From an uncultured Nitrososphaerota archaeon (GTDB lineage: Archaea > Thermoproteota > Nitrososphaeria > Nitrososphaerales > Gagatemarchaeaceae), in the NCBI GenBank assembly GCA_963838925.1, contig CAWISW010000003.1, positions 32,001 through 96,000 on the forward strand: 64,000 bases of DNA. The letters are read 5' to 3'. The notes below the pieces were generated by a model that saw nothing but the letters and a program-made list of their open reading frames with translations, was not told the origin of the DNA and searched no databases. A program made the translations under genes and the position numbers. Positions 39,162 to 49,532 of the stretch are shown here, one piece after another (positions within the stretch are counted from its first letter, which is position 1; each line of letters starts with the position of its first letter).

Positions 39162-39359
39162 TCAGACCTTCTGCGCCTGGGGCCTAAACTCGTAGCCGCA
39201 CCTGATGCAGATCCGGCGCCCTGGGGCTTCGGAGATGATCTGCTTGGTGCCGCACTTCGGACACTCCACCGGCGTCTGGGCCGGGCCCACGGAGATGCTG
39301 TGCTGCTCTCTGACCTTGTCGATTGCCTTCGCGTAAGCGTCACGGTGTGATCTTGCCAC
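39162..39359 (-). CDS. Small Zn-ribbon protein
   Basis: CPKC...CIRCGYEF. Confidence 0.6.
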   Translation of the reverse strand: MARSHRDAYAKAIDKVREQHSISVGPAQTPVECPKCGTKQIISEAPGRRICIRCGYEFRPQAQKV

Positions 39360-39449
39360 TTTGTGATATACCTGAAGAAGGGCCTTTCGCCACCATGCTA
39401 TAAGGCATGTGCATCTGCCACGAGGACCTCGTTGGGCCCCTCGGCACGG

Positions 39450-40139
39450 CTAGATGTGCGACAGCTCTGCGGGGGAGATGTAGTCCAGCTCCTTCTCCCT
39501 CTGCCTGTAGTCGGGGCAGACGCGGGCCAGCTTCCTCTTGAACGCGGGCGAGTGGTTGAACTCCTCGAGGTGCGTCACCTCGTGGAGGACGACGTATTCG
39601 CGCAGCCGTTCGGGGAGCGCGATCAGCTGCCAGCTGAATGAGATCCTGCCGGTCCTCGTGCAGTAGCCCCAGTTCTTTATCTCCCTCACGTCCGCCCGCT
39701 TGTAGGCCGCGGGCAAGGTAGGGGCTAGCTCGCCGAGCTTCTTCATCACGTATCTCGACGTCTCCTTCAGGAACCACCTGCGAACGAGCTCCCGCACCCT
39801 CGACGGGTCGCTGGCTCGGACGACGAGCGTCCCGCGTTCCAGGTCGGGGAGAAGCTCCTCCCTCTCCCTTCCTTCTTCGTGGATGATGTCCAGGAACCTG
39901 CCGTCGAACATCACCCTGCGGTCGTCGAGTATCCTCTTGGTGCTCCGCATCTCCTCGTACTTCTCCAGTATCCATTCGCGCCTTTGGCTGATCGACCTGC
40001 TGGCGTCGCCGAGCTGCCCCCGGGGTAGGACGACCTCGAGCGTCAGATCCGGCCTGAACCTGAAGTACGTGTAGCGCCTGCTCGTGCCACGCAGCACCAG
40101 GTACTCGATGCGCCTCCCGCCTATCTCGAGGGTGGGCAA
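39450..40139 (-). CDS. YgjP/DUF45 metal-dependent hydrolase
   Basis: WGYC...YVVLHEVTHL...NHSPAF. Confidence 0.88.
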   Translation of the reverse strand: MPTLEIGGRRIEYLVLRGTSRRYTYFRFRPDLTLEVVLPRGQLGDASRSISQRREWILEKYEEMRSTKRILDDRRVMFDGRFLDIIHEEGREREELLPDLERGTLVVRASDPSRVRELVRRWFLKETSRYVMKKLGELAPTLPAAYKRADVREIKNWGYCTRTGRISFSWQLIALPERLREYVVLHEVTHLEEFNHSPAFKRKLARVCPDYRQREKELDYISPAELSHI

Positions 40140-40335
40140 GAGATGTTCGCGACGTTGCTCGGGCCGTTCGCTTTTAACCCTGCGACTGACTCGGGGCCTT
40201 TCGACGGCTGTTCCAGTTGCTTTTTGAGCCGGACCGGTAAAGCAGGCTTTACTTGATATGGTGCGTAATACCTACTTGGTAGCAAATTACTACTAGGTTT
40301 ATATGCGGTACTGTTTTACTACTAATTGACCGAAA

Positions 40336-40752
40336 ATGACCGCGATATTGGATCCGTTAATTCCGTACACAGGATACCTCGCCTTGATCCTGAGGGTGTG
40401 GGTGGGAGCGAACTTCGTCATCCACGCGCGCCCGAAGATACAGAGCATGCCGCAGACCATCCAGAGCATGAAGGGACTAGGGGTCCCAGCGGGAGCGACC
40501 TACGCCGCGACCGCGCTGGAGCTAGGCGGAGGGATAGCGCTGATATTGGGGCTGCTCGTCCCGATAGTGGGCCTGTTCTTCGTCCTCTTCATGGTGTCCG
40601 CCTCTGTGATGAAGAAGCGCAAGATGCACGCTGACTACATCTCCGCAGGGAAGCCCTCCTACGAGGTCGACATCCTCTACGTGGCTCTGGCCCTCGTACT
40701 CGTGTTCCTGGGCGCCGGTGTGCTCTCTCTCGACGGGGCTCTAGGCATCTAG
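40336..40752 (+). CDS. DoxX-family membrane protein
   Basis: LRVWVGANFVIH...ELGGG..LILG...GAGVLSLD. Confidence 0.88.
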   Translation: MTAILDPLIPYTGYLALILRVWVGANFVIHARPKIQSMPQTIQSMKGLGVPAGATYAATALELGGGIALILGLLVPIVGLFFVLFMVSASVMKKRKMHADYISAGKPSYEVDILYVALALVLVFLGAGVLSLDGALGI

Positions 40753-40873
40753 GGCTGGAAACCTCCAGCCTTAGGCCCCGTCGAGGGCGTTTTTTCTAGG
40801 GTCCGTTGCCGTTGGACCAATCGCGAAACCCTTTTTGTCTATTGGTCCCTGCCTGCCAAACCAGTCAGCTCGC

Positions 40874-41797
40874 ATGGCCAAGAAGATTAGCATCGCCGTC
40901 AACATGTACAACTTCCAGTGGACATTCCCAGAGATGGTCGCTGACGAACTTGGACTCTTCGCGAAGCACGGCCTGGAAGCCAAGTGGCTGGACGTAACGC
41001 CCTCCGGGACTGCCGACAAGGCCGCGCTCTACACCGAGCTCCTCAAGAGCAAGAAGACGGACATCTACCATGCCGGGGAGTGGGTGTGCATCAACAGGGT
41101 CCTAGGCTCAAAAGGCTCTTGGATACTCTCAAAGTCGCTCCCATCGCCGGGGACGCTGAACTCCACGTTCTCGCTCTTTGTCAGAAAGGAGTCGGGCTAC
41201 ACCGCCCCGGGCATGCTCAGGGACAAGCCCGTCGCGATCGAGATGGGGACGGGGGCGTACTACACCACCGTGAGCGACCTCGAGCGCTTCATGCCCAGGG
41301 AGTCCGCGAAGCTGGTGCAGGTGGGAGAGCCGCACAAGCGCTTCTTGGCGCTCATCAACAAGGAGGTCGAGGCCGCCTCGCTGCTCAGCCCTTGGGCCGA
41401 CTTTGCGAAGGCCGCGTCGCTGGTGGAGATAGTCAAGACGACCAGGTCGAATCCGACCACCATCGTGGTGCGTAAGGACGACGACGTCGACAAGCTCAGG
41501 CGCTTCTTCGTCGCGACGAACGCAGCGATTGACAAGATGAACAAGAAGCCCGACGACTTCCGGGAGCTCTACTTCGAGAAGGTGGACCGGGCTATGCGCG
41601 AGATGCCCGCGAAGGTCAAGAGGATGGGAGCCGGCATGAGGAAGACCATCCCCGTCCCCAAGTGGAACCACTGGGTCGCCTACGAAAAGAGGGACTTCGA
41701 CCAGACCTACGAATGGATGGTCGAGAGGGGCCTTGCGCCGAGCGGGCACGCGAGCAGAGAGGTCGTCGCCGCCAACGCCGACAAGGTCTTCGGCTAG
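40874..41797 (+). CDS. NMT1/SsuA/TauA-like solute-binding fold protein without signal peptide
   Basis: ADELGLFAKHGLE, LRDKPVAI, EVEAASLLSPW. Confidence 0.7.
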   Translation: MAKKISIAVNMYNFQWTFPEMVADELGLFAKHGLEAKWLDVTPSGTADKAALYTELLKSKKTDIYHAGEWVCINRVLGSKGSWILSKSLPSPGTLNSTFSLFVRKESGYTAPGMLRDKPVAIEMGTGAYYTTVSDLERFMPRESAKLVQVGEPHKRFLALINKEVEAASLLSPWADFAKAASLVEIVKTTRSNPTTIVVRKDDDVDKLRRFFVATNAAIDKMNKKPDDFRELYFEKVDRAMREMPAKVKRMGAGMRKTIPVPKWNHWVAYEKRDFDQTYEWMVERGLAPSGHASREVVAANADKVFG

Positions 41798-42921
41798 TGC
41801 GAGAATTCCATCCGCTGGGGGACGGGTACCTGGCTTGCCTTTCCGGCGTTGGGAGGATACGTCATGGCCATGATGCGGTTCTTGAGCTGGCGCAGCCCGT
41901 CGCCCCTCACCGCTGAGATCTTGACTATGGTGAAGCCCGAGAAGAGGTCGTCCTCCTCGACTTGGCGAAGCGCCGCCCCCTCAAGCAGGTCCACCTTGTT
42001 GAGGACCAGCACGGTCTTCTTGGGGTCCACCTTGAGGGCGTCCAGGATCTCCCGGCAGCTGTTGAGCTTGATCGCCATGCTCTCCCTCTCCTCGCTTGCG
42101 TCGACCATCAGTAGGACCATGTCAGAGTAGGTCAACTCCTCGAGCGTGGACTTGAACGACTCCACCATGTAGGTGGGTATGCGCGAGATGAAGCCCACGG
42201 TGTCCGAGAGCATTATCTTCCTTCGCGGGTCGCCCAGGCTCACGGACCGCATGGTCGTCGTGAGCGTGGTGAACAGCTTGGGCGACTCCTCCCTCGCCTC
42301 GGCGGCGAGCTTGTTGAACAGGGTCGTCTTCCCGCTGCTGGTGTAGCCCGCGAGCGAGACGAAGGGGAGCCCCAGCTTCTTCCTCTCGGTGCGGTGAAGG
42401 TTCCTGTTGGCCTGCGCCCTCTCGAGCCTCTGGTTGATGAACACCATCCTCTTCTTGAGGGCCCTGAACTTGATGTCGACCATGGTCTCCCCCATGCCCA
42501 TGAAGCCCGCCCTCTCGCCGTTGGCGGAGTAGCGGACCGCGTCCCTCGCGCGCGGCATCTCGTACTTGAGCTCGGCGAGCTGGACCTGGAGCTTGGCCTC
42601 CGTCGTGGTCGCCCGCCTCGCGAAGATGTTCAAGATGAGCCTGTCCCTGTCGACGATCTCGCAGCGGGTGACCATGGCGAGCTTGTTCGCCTGCGAGGAG
42701 GTGACCTCCTCGTCTATGATCAGGATCTTGGAGCCGTTCTTGCTCACCATGTCGCGGAGCTCCTCGGCCTTGCCCACGCCGACGCCGTACTCGGACTTCA
42801 CGACCCGCTTCTGCGTGATCATGCCCACCACAGTGTAGCCGGCGCGCTCGGCTAGCTCCCTGATCTCCTGCTTGGAGAACTCGTCTGGGTAGGTCACGAT
42901 GGTGGCCTTGTCAGCGGGCAT
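41794..42921 (-). CDS. hflX: GTPase HflX
   Basis: ILNIFARRA.T.EAKLQVQLA, GYTSSGKTT, DTVGFI, NKVD, ISA. Confidence 0.95.
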   Translation of the reverse strand: MPADKATIVTYPDEFSKQEIRELAERAGYTVVGMITQKRVVKSEYGVGVGKAEELRDMVSKNGSKILIIDEEVTSSQANKLAMVTRCEIVDRDRLILNIFARRATTTEAKLQVQLAELKYEMPRARDAVRYSANGERAGFMGMGETMVDIKFRALKKRMVFINQRLERAQANRNLHRTERKKLGLPFVSLAGYTSSGKTTLFNKLAAEAREESPKLFTTLTTTMRSVSLGDPRRKIMLSDTVGFISRIPTYMVESFKSTLEELTYSDMVLLMVDASEERESMAIKLNSCREILDALKVDPKKTVLVLNKVDLLEGAALRQVEEDDLFSGFTIVKISAVRGDGLRQLKNRIMAMTYPPNAGKASQVPVPQRMEFSH

Positions 42922-43035
42922 CTTTCTTCGTGCCAGCGTGCGCTCCGTGCGTTATAAGGAGGTGGTGCGGGCTGCTTCTGTCTAGTCAGCGCTTGGTGTG
43001 ACTGATTGAATGGCCTGTCCAAAACAGCTCAGGGA

Positions 43036-43335
43036 TTACGAACTCAATGTACAGATGGTACCCTGTTGCGGGGGAGTGCCGGTCACATAACAGCCAATGT
43101 GCAAGATCTCGAAGCGCCCGTCGTGCCATGCTCCGCCAACTCCGAACAACCTGTGAGTGACCGAGACATACCCGGGCAAGCGACTGACCATGTCGCTGCC
43201 GCAGAGCCCAACATACCCGGGAGGACAAATTGGGGAACTACTCTGGCTGATGTAGACAGGGACAAGAGGAACGAAGAACGAGAACATGAGAGCAATCCCT
43301 AGAGCCAGGAGTATGACGAGGGCCTTGCGCCTCAT
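43036..43335 (-). CDS. Small secreted/membrane Cys-containing protein
   Basis: Signal-like N-terminus; AT-richer than host. Confidence 0.5.
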   Translation of the reverse strand: MRRKALVILLALGIALMFSFFVPLVPVYISQSSSPICPPGYVGLCGSDMVSRLPGYVSVTHRLFGVGGAWHDGRFEILHIGCYVTGTPPQQGTICTLSS

Positions 43336-43452
43336 AGTCGCCTTCTTTCGCGCTTAGACTAATGTCTTACGTTGAATCATTTGTCTATCGCCGATTCTCT
43401 ACTCGCATTCCGAATGTCCTAACCAAACGAAGAGAGGACAGAACCTGCGGGC

Positions 43453-44052
43453 TCACAGCAGCGGGACGTTCGGAGGCGTGTCGGTGACCGGCTCCTTCCC
43501 CGCCAGGATGGCGCCGTACCTCTTCATCACCCGCAGGTTTCTCCCGACCAGCAGCCCCACGCCCAACGAGAGCAGAACGTCGGTCGCGATTCCCGCATAT
43601 ATCGCAGTCGAGGACAGCGCGGGCGAGGCCCCGACAAAGGTGAAAGTGAAGGCCTGCGGGCCGATGAAGGCCAAGTCGATCGCTATCCTCGCGAAGAGCC
43701 CCACGATGTAGATCACGTAGACGACTATAGCCCCCTTGAAGTAGATGGAGCCGTCTGCCCCCTTCCAGAAGCCTATCCGCGCGTCCGAAAACTGGTATGA
43801 GCCGTACGCGCCTGCCGCCCCGACCAGCGCGTAGAGGACTAGGTCGACCGAAGAGACGCCGCCCGCGACCACGGACACTGCTATGAGAAGGCCGGCGAAC
43901 CCGAGGTAGTAGATCGAGAAGAGTATCGTCCTCCCCTTGCTGACCTTCGACCCCCGGATGACCCTGGTGAACCGTCGGATGACCAGGAGCATGAGTATGC
44001 CCAGGAAGACGTAGACCGAAGAGTAGTCAGCGCCGGTGCCCCCAGAGGCCAC
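43453..44052 (-). CDS. DUF1453/CcdC-like membrane protein
   Basis: Five to six TM segments with GSIYFKG loop. Confidence 0.6.
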   Translation of the reverse strand: MASGGTGADYSSVYVFLGILMLLVIRRFTRVIRGSKVSKGRTILFSIYYLGFAGLLIAVSVVAGGVSSVDLVLYALVGAAGAYGSYQFSDARIGFWKGADGSIYFKGAIVVYVIYIVGLFARIAIDLAFIGPQAFTFTFVGASPALSSTAIYAGIATDVLLSLGVGLLVGRNLRVMKRYGAILAGKEPVTDTPPNVPLL

Positions 44053-44103
44053 GCCTCCGGCTGGCTTCGAAAGTTTAGATGAAGTTTTCCGTCGAAGCCA
44101 AGG

Positions 44104-44412
44104 TCAGGGGCCGTCTTCGCCGAAGACCGCGAGGAACCCCTTCATCTTCCAGTAGATCTCGAGGAACTCGAGCCCCCGGGAGGTCACGCCGTAGTAGAAG
44201 ACGCCCGCCTCGTCGCCCTCCTCATCCTCGGCGGCTATCTTCCTCACGAGCCCGTTCGCGGTGAGGGCCTCGACCATGACCTTGAGCCTGTCCACGGGGA
44301 CGCCCACGCCGTAGGAGATCCTCGTTATCCGGCCCCCCTCAGGATAGCGGCGGATCACCTCGAGGATGGTCGCGTAGAGGTCGACCTTCGTCCTCTTCGC
44401 TCTGCCGGTCAC
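44104..44412 (-). CDS. Winged-helix transcription regulator
   Basis: RTKVDLYATILE...ITRISYG...YGVTSRGLEFLE. Confidence 0.8.
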   Translation of the reverse strand: MTGRAKRTKVDLYATILEVIRRYPEGGRITRISYGVGVPVDRLKVMVEALTANGLVRKIAAEDEEGDEAGVFYYGVTSRGLEFLEIYWKMKGFLAVFGEDGP

Positions 44413-44495
44413 GACGCGGACCCCCTCACGCTGCGAGCCTCCACCGCGGTTGCGCTTGCAGCTCAACGCCAGGGACGCTCGAAGTCGTCACTCCC

Positions 44496-45741
44496 TCAAA
44501 GCGGGAAGGCGGGGAGCTCAGTGACCTTCACTGAAGGGCGAGTCAGGAACTGGCGGCCGCCGCTCCTGCGCAGTTCTTGCGTGTATGTCACTTGGTCGAC
44601 CGTGCAGCCGTCGCCCAGCTCGACCCTGTCGGCGAAGATTCTTCCGCATCTCGAGTTCGAGCCGAGCGCCACCTCCGCCCCGTAGATGTCTCCCGCGTCG
44701 GTCATCTTGCCTATGCCGCGCATGACCAGGGATTGTCCGGCCCAGCGCGCGCCCCAGTTGGCTAGCACGAGGCCGCTCTTCCCTAGCTCGACGCGCTCGC
44801 CGACGAGTGCGCCCCTGCACCTGGTCCCGGTCCTGATGACGACGGACTTGGCCTTGAGGCCCTTCTCGGTCTCGACCTCTCCCGCTATGTCCGCCTGGTT
44901 GGTCAGCACGGCCTTGCTGGCACTGAACCTCCCCCCGACGCGAAGGTCCGAGCCCTTCAGCTCTGCGCCTACCTCGCAGGAGCCGTTGACGTCTAGCATC
45001 CCCTTCACCGAGAGCGAGCCTGAGACGTCGAGCTTCCCGTTGACGAGCACCTCTGACGAACTCAGGTCGCCGCGGACGTCGGTCATGCCTCCCACGTCCA
45101 CCTGCTCGCAGGAAAGGTCGCCCTCGACTGACAGCTTGCCGAACGTCGAGAGCTTCTTGCCGTCGCTGCCCGCGGGAAGGGTGCACTTGCCGTAGACCTG
45201 GAGCTCCCCGAACTCCAACTTCGCGGTGCTCGAGAATATCCCGCCGACCCTCGTCTGCCCCTTGATGATGCCGCCCCCGACGTCTGCCTTCCCGCCTACG
45301 CCGAGGTTGGTCAGCCTCACCGCTCCGGCGACGGAAGACCTTCCCTCCCACTTCGACGGATTCGGCCTCCAGCGTCTCATCGACGTCCACGAGTCCGCCG
45401 ACCCGCACTGAGCCCCCGCACGATATCGATCTGGCGATCATCTTGCCTCCCACGTCGATGTCGTGGGCGCTTATCCTGCCGCTCGCCTCCACTGTGTGGG
45501 CGACGTCCAAGCTCTTGTGGACGGTAAGGTTGCCCGAGACGGTCAGCTTGCCCATTTCGACCTTGAGGGAGTCGCACTCGAAGTCGCAGTCTATCTCCGC
45601 GTCGCCTTCGAAGTAGGCGCCCCCGGCGACGGTCACCGCCTTCCCCTTGGCGGCTATCTTGGCGCCCCTGCCCACCTTGAGCTCGCCGTCGACGTCATCG
45701 AGCCGTGTTGTGCTCCCCTTCTCGACCTGCGTGTCGGGCAT
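44496..45741 (-). CDS. Bactofilin-like (polymer-forming) beta-helix protein; frameshift near 45336
   Basis: Continuous V.G.L.V repeats; ORFs 44518..45741 and 44496..45380 join after removing one base. Confidence 0.7.
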
Positions 45742-45756
45742 GGTTTCCCCGCCAGC

Positions 45757-46605
45757 CTACTCGGGCTTCATCGACCTAGCCGCGGCCCAATAGCCAAGGA
45801 TGGCCATGACGACCACGAATCCCACGAGGTAGAGCATGTCGCCCACGAAGGTGCCCATCATGCCGTTCGCGGCCGGGTTGCCGCTGACGATGAGGATCCT
45901 CGCCGCCTCGTCCGCCTTTGAGATGGGGTTGACGCTGGAGATTGACTGCAGCCAGCTCGGGAAGGAGCTCGACGGGAAGAGGGAGCTGCTCATGAATATC
46001 AGCGGGAGGTTGATGAAGTTCACCACGGCGATGAGGGAGTCGATGCTCCTTGCGAGGAGCGCGAGGGAGGTGAAGATACAGGAGAGGCCCAGGCCCAGGA
46101 GCGTGAACGCGGCGAAGGCCCCGAGCAGCTCGAGGATGCCGAAGCTCGAAGTGAGCTTGAGGCCGTCAGGGATGACGAGGGCGATGACGAAGGTGAGGAC
46201 CGCGAGGAGCATCGCCTTCGCGAGGTTCTGGAAGACCCCCGAGAAGTAGATGGAGGCCCGGGGGATTGGCGACGTCAGCAGGGTGTTGAAGTAACCGAGC
46301 TGCCTGTCGAGGACGATGTCGATCCCGCCGAAGGACATGTTGAAGACGATGATGAGGCAGATCACCCCCGCCGTGAGGTAGGTGATGTAGGTCGCGGCTC
46401 CCCCGAAAGTACTGTTGAGTATCGCCGACTTGATGGCTGTGCTTGAGCCGCCCGCCGAGGCGGGGACGAGGTTGGTTGGGTTGAACGAGTTCCCGAACAG
46501 CGCGAGGTAGAACGCGGCCGTCGCTAGGCCCGGGATGATGGTGAAGGGGTTCCTGACCCACTTCTTGAGCGCCCTGTTGGTGAGTGCTAGAGTCTCGTCA
46601 AACAT
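45757..46605 (-). CDS. ABC-2 type exporter permease
   Basis: DRQLGYF..LLTSPI, PLIFMSS.LFP, NPIS. Confidence 0.9.
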   Translation of the reverse strand: MFDETLALTNRALKKWVRNPFTIIPGLATAAFYLALFGNSFNPTNLVPASAGGSSTAIKSAILNSTFGGAATYITYLTAGVICLIIVFNMSFGGIDIVLDRQLGYFNTLLTSPIPRASIYFSGVFQNLAKAMLLAVLTFVIALVIPDGLKLTSSFGILELLGAFAAFTLLGLGLSCIFTSLALLARSIDSLIAVVNFINLPLIFMSSSLFPSSSFPSWLQSISSVNPISKADEAARILIVSGNPAANGMMGTFVGDMLYLVGFVVVMAILGYWAAARSMKPE

Positions 46606-46611
46606 GGTGAC

Positions 46612-47610
46612 TCACTTCATCCTCTCCGTGATGATGTTCTGGATGTAGGACTCGCTCTCCCCGGCGGCCTCGTCGCGCATCGACTTGCCGGTGACCTCGA
46701 GGAAGACCTCGTCGAGCGTCGGCTTGGTGAAGGCTATCTCCTTGATCTCGAGGCCCTTCTTCGTGATCCCCTCGACTATCGCGGGGAGGGCCTTCTCGGT
46801 CTTCGGGAGCTTGATGCGGTACGACTGGTCGGTCTTGACCACGTCGTGGACGTCGGGGATCGACCTCAGGAAGTCGGTGATGTCGGGCCCTGCGGTCAGC
46901 TCGATCGTCAGGACGTCCCCTCCCACCCTCTCCTTGAGCTGGGAGGGCGACCCGGACACCTTGATCACGCCGTGGTCGATGATGGCGACGCGGTTGCAGA
47001 GGCCGTCCGCCTCCTCGAGGTAGTGGGTGGTCATGAAGATGGTAAGGCCCTGCTCCTTGTTGAGCTTGCCCATGTACTCCCACATCTTCGTCCTCGTCTG
47101 GATGTCCAGGCCGAGGGTGGGCTCGTCCAGGAAGAGGATCTTGGGCGTGTGGATGAGGCCTATCGCGAGCTGGAGGCGCCTCCGCATCCCGCCGGAGTAG
47201 GTCTTGACCCGTCTGCGCGCGGCGCCGTCTAGGTCGACCAGCTTCAGGAGCTCGCCCGCCCTCTTCTTCGCCTCGTCTCCGCGGACGTGGTGGAGGCGGG
47301 CGGAGAGCAGGATGTTCTCCATGCCGTTGAGCTCGTCGTCGGCGGTCAGCTCTTGAGGGACCACGCCTATCACGTCCCTGACCTTCGCGGGGTGCTTGGT
47401 CACGTCCTGCCCCGCTACGGTCGCCCTGCCGCTGGTTATCGACGCGATCGTATTGAGCATCTTGATCGTCGTGGTCTTCCCGGCGCCGTTGGGGCCGAGG
47501 AACCCGAAGATCTCCCCCTCCTCGACGGAGAAGGAGATGTTGTCGACCGCCTTGATCTTGCCCTTGTAGACCTTCGTGAGGTTCTCGGCCTCGATGATCT
47601 TCCCTGTCAA
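46612..47610 (-). CDS. ABC exporter ATPase (DrrA-like)
   Basis: GPNGAGKTT, YSGGMRRR, LDEPTLGLD, TTHY. Confidence 0.93.
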   Translation of the reverse strand: MTGKIIEAENLTKVYKGKIKAVDNISFSVEEGEIFGFLGPNGAGKTTTIKMLNTIASITSGRATVAGQDVTKHPAKVRDVIGVVPQELTADDELNGMENILLSARLHHVRGDEAKKRAGELLKLVDLDGAARRRVKTYSGGMRRRLQLAIGLIHTPKILFLDEPTLGLDIQTRTKMWEYMGKLNKEQGLTIFMTTHYLEEADGLCNRVAIIDHGVIKVSGSPSQLKERVGGDVLTIELTAGPDITDFLRSIPDVHDVVKTDQSYRIKLPKTEKALPAIVEGITKKGLEIKEIAFTKPTLDEVFLEVTGKSMRDEAAGESESYIQNIITERMK

Positions 47611-47857
47611 TTGCCACTCACGCGTTCAAACCTGTTCTTATCCTTAATCCGGACGCGAAGGCTGCTGCCATCGGGTCGGTGTTCGATAGCCTCGTCGCGG
47701 ACAAGTACGTCTCGTCGGTGGAGCGCGCCTCGGCGCCTTTCGGGTTGGGCTTCTTGCCAAACATCACGCTTTCACGACGAGCCGAAACGCTCCAGCTCGT
47801 ATATACTCGGCTCACGGCTTGTAATCACAGGATGTTAGCGGGCCCGGAGGGAGCGAG

Positions 47858-48196
47858 CTAAGGCCGCTTGATGTTTGTCACGAGCAGCCTGAACTGCAGC
47901 GTCTTTCCAGCCATCTGGTGCCTCCCGGTCTTCCCGTACGCCTTCTCCGGCGGGATCGTCACTTCCTTGGTCTCGTTGACCTTCATCCCGACGAGCGCCT
48001 CCTCGAAGCCTGGGATGACCTGGTGCGCCCCCAGGACGACCTGGAGGGGCTTGTAGTCGCGGGCCCGGTTGAAGATGCCGGCCTTCTCCGCCTCGGCCTT
48101 CATGCTCGTGTCGAAGACCTTCCCTCCCGGGAACTTCCCAAGGTAGTGGACCGATATGGTGTCCCCGTTCTGGGCGGACAGCGCGCTCGTTGACAT
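47858..48196 (-). CDS. FKBP-type peptidyl-prolyl isomerase
   Basis: VHYLG...VFDTS...VIPGFEEALVGM...IPPEKAYG...GKTLQF. Confidence 0.92.
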   Translation of the reverse strand: MSTSALSAQNGDTISVHYLGKFPGGKVFDTSMKAEAEKAGIFNRARDYKPLQVVLGAHQVIPGFEEALVGMKVNETKEVTIPPEKAYGKTGRHQMAGKTLQFRLLVTNIKRP

Positions 48197-48284
48197 CGGA
48201 GCCTGACGACCCCGAGGCATCCCTTTAACGATTTTGCACATAGCGTTATTATTGACCGGCCAGTCAATCCAAGAGTGATGGGAG

Positions 48285-49031
48285 ATGAGGAAGGTCGCAG
48301 TGCTCGCAGCAGCGGCTTTGCTGCTGATCCTGATAGGCGTCTTAGTGGTGGACAGTGCTTTGTTTGGCGGCCCACGGCAGCAAACGACTGAGAGCGGTGC
48401 GTCAGAGACAACCAGTTATTCGTTAGTCGGGACAAACGAGACAGCGTCGGTTTCCTCAATCGAAGGGCTGAGGCTTTCGCTTAGCGTCAACACCACAGAA
48501 GTTGTGCCGGGCAGGCCCATTTTGATTTCTGTCGAAGAGCATAACACATCTCCTCAAGCCGTCAACGTAACCGCTGCGGACGACTGGGCCACCGAATCTT
48601 ATGGTAGCAATGGAGGGTGCTCGGGTCCTGACGTGGCAGGGTACGCCATCTTCGCGGGGAACCTTACGACCAGAGAGCTTTCGCACGAGACCAGGTTGCA
48701 ATTGTTTGGCATTGGAGGTTGCCTTCCCGCCGACAACGCGTACTCCTACCTCTTCCAACCGGAAAGCTCGAATGCGACGGAGGCCCACGGTTGCATCCCA
48801 AACGACAATGGCAACGGGGAAGCGAATTCGTGTTACGGCTGCGGTAGCCCGACACCGGGACCTTGCAACTACCTCAAGCTTGAGCCGATCCAAGCACGAG
48901 TGTCTAACTCTGTCGAGTCATACTATCTCAGTGATTCGGGCCCGTCACAGTTCGCTCTTGGTGCTTACACGGCCGTAGGCGTCGACGAGTGGGGAGCCAT
49001 CGTAATCATTCACTTCAGCGTCATGAGCTAG
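48285..49031 (+). CDS. Membrane-anchored Cys-rich extracellular protein
   Basis: N-terminal TM, C-terminal GAYTAVGVDEWG; AT-richer than host. Confidence 0.65.
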   Translation: MRKVAVLAAAALLLILIGVLVVDSALFGGPRQQTTESGASETTSYSLVGTNETASVSSIEGLRLSLSVNTTEVVPGRPILISVEEHNTSPQAVNVTAADDWATESYGSNGGCSGPDVAGYAIFAGNLTTRELSHETRLQLFGIGGCLPADNAYSYLFQPESSNATEAHGCIPNDNGNGEANSCYGCGSPTPGPCNYLKLEPIQARVSNSVESYYLSDSGPSQFALGAYTAVGVDEWGAIVIIHFSVMS

Positions 49032-49040
49032 GTTTCTAGC

Positions 49041-49430
49041 TCAGGACTTCGCGAACTTTAACGAGGCGGAGTTTATGCAGTAGCGCAGGCCGGTCGGCTC
49101 GGGCCCGTCGTCGAAGACGTGACCGAGGTGACTTCCGCACTGTCCACATTCTGCCTCCACCCTGTGCATGTCGTAGCTGTAGTCGTCCTCCTCCTTGACG
49201 TTCTCCTTCTTCGCGGGCTGCCAGAAGCTGGGCCACCCCGTGCCGGACTCGAACTTGGTCGAGGAGTCGAAGAGCTCCGCGCCGCAGACCGCGCACCGGT
49301 AGACGCCCTTGTCGTGGTTGTTGAGGTACTCTCCCGTGAAGGGCATCTCCGTCCCCTTGTTGACGCAGACGTCGGCCTGCTCGGGCGTAAGCTTCGCCCT
49401 CAGCTTCGCTATCTCGTCCTTCTTGAGCAT
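49041..49430 (-). CDS. msrB: Peptide-methionine (R)-S-oxide reductase
   Basis: [40 protein letters not shown]. Confidence 0.97.
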   Translation of the reverse strand: MLKKDEIAKLRAKLTPEQADVCVNKGTEMPFTGEYLNNHDKGVYRCAVCGAELFDSSTKFESGTGWPSFWQPAKKENVKEEDDYSYDMHRVEAECGQCGSHLGHVFDDGPEPTGLRYCINSASLKFAKS

Positions 49431-49532
49431 CGCGGATGACGGCCGCCCGGTCCCTGTTAAGCCGTTCGGCTCAGTCAGCCGATGGTTAAAGCGTTGGGTT
49501 GGGCTTAATAGTCTCCCCGTGTCTAGACACTT

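Noticed and set aside
860-45345. Single-base frameshifts near 872, 985, 1439, 2820, 6648, 8663, 12240, 17380 and 45336 as programmed frameshifting or pseudogenes
   Set aside because: They are scattered over unrelated genes, several sit in homopolymer runs, there is no shared slippery motif and both halves look intact; long-read indel errors are the simpler explanation, pending read inspection
47618-47815. 65-aa ORF between the FKBP and ABC ATPase genes
   Set aside because: No recognisable motif and competing ORFs on both strands; cannot be supported
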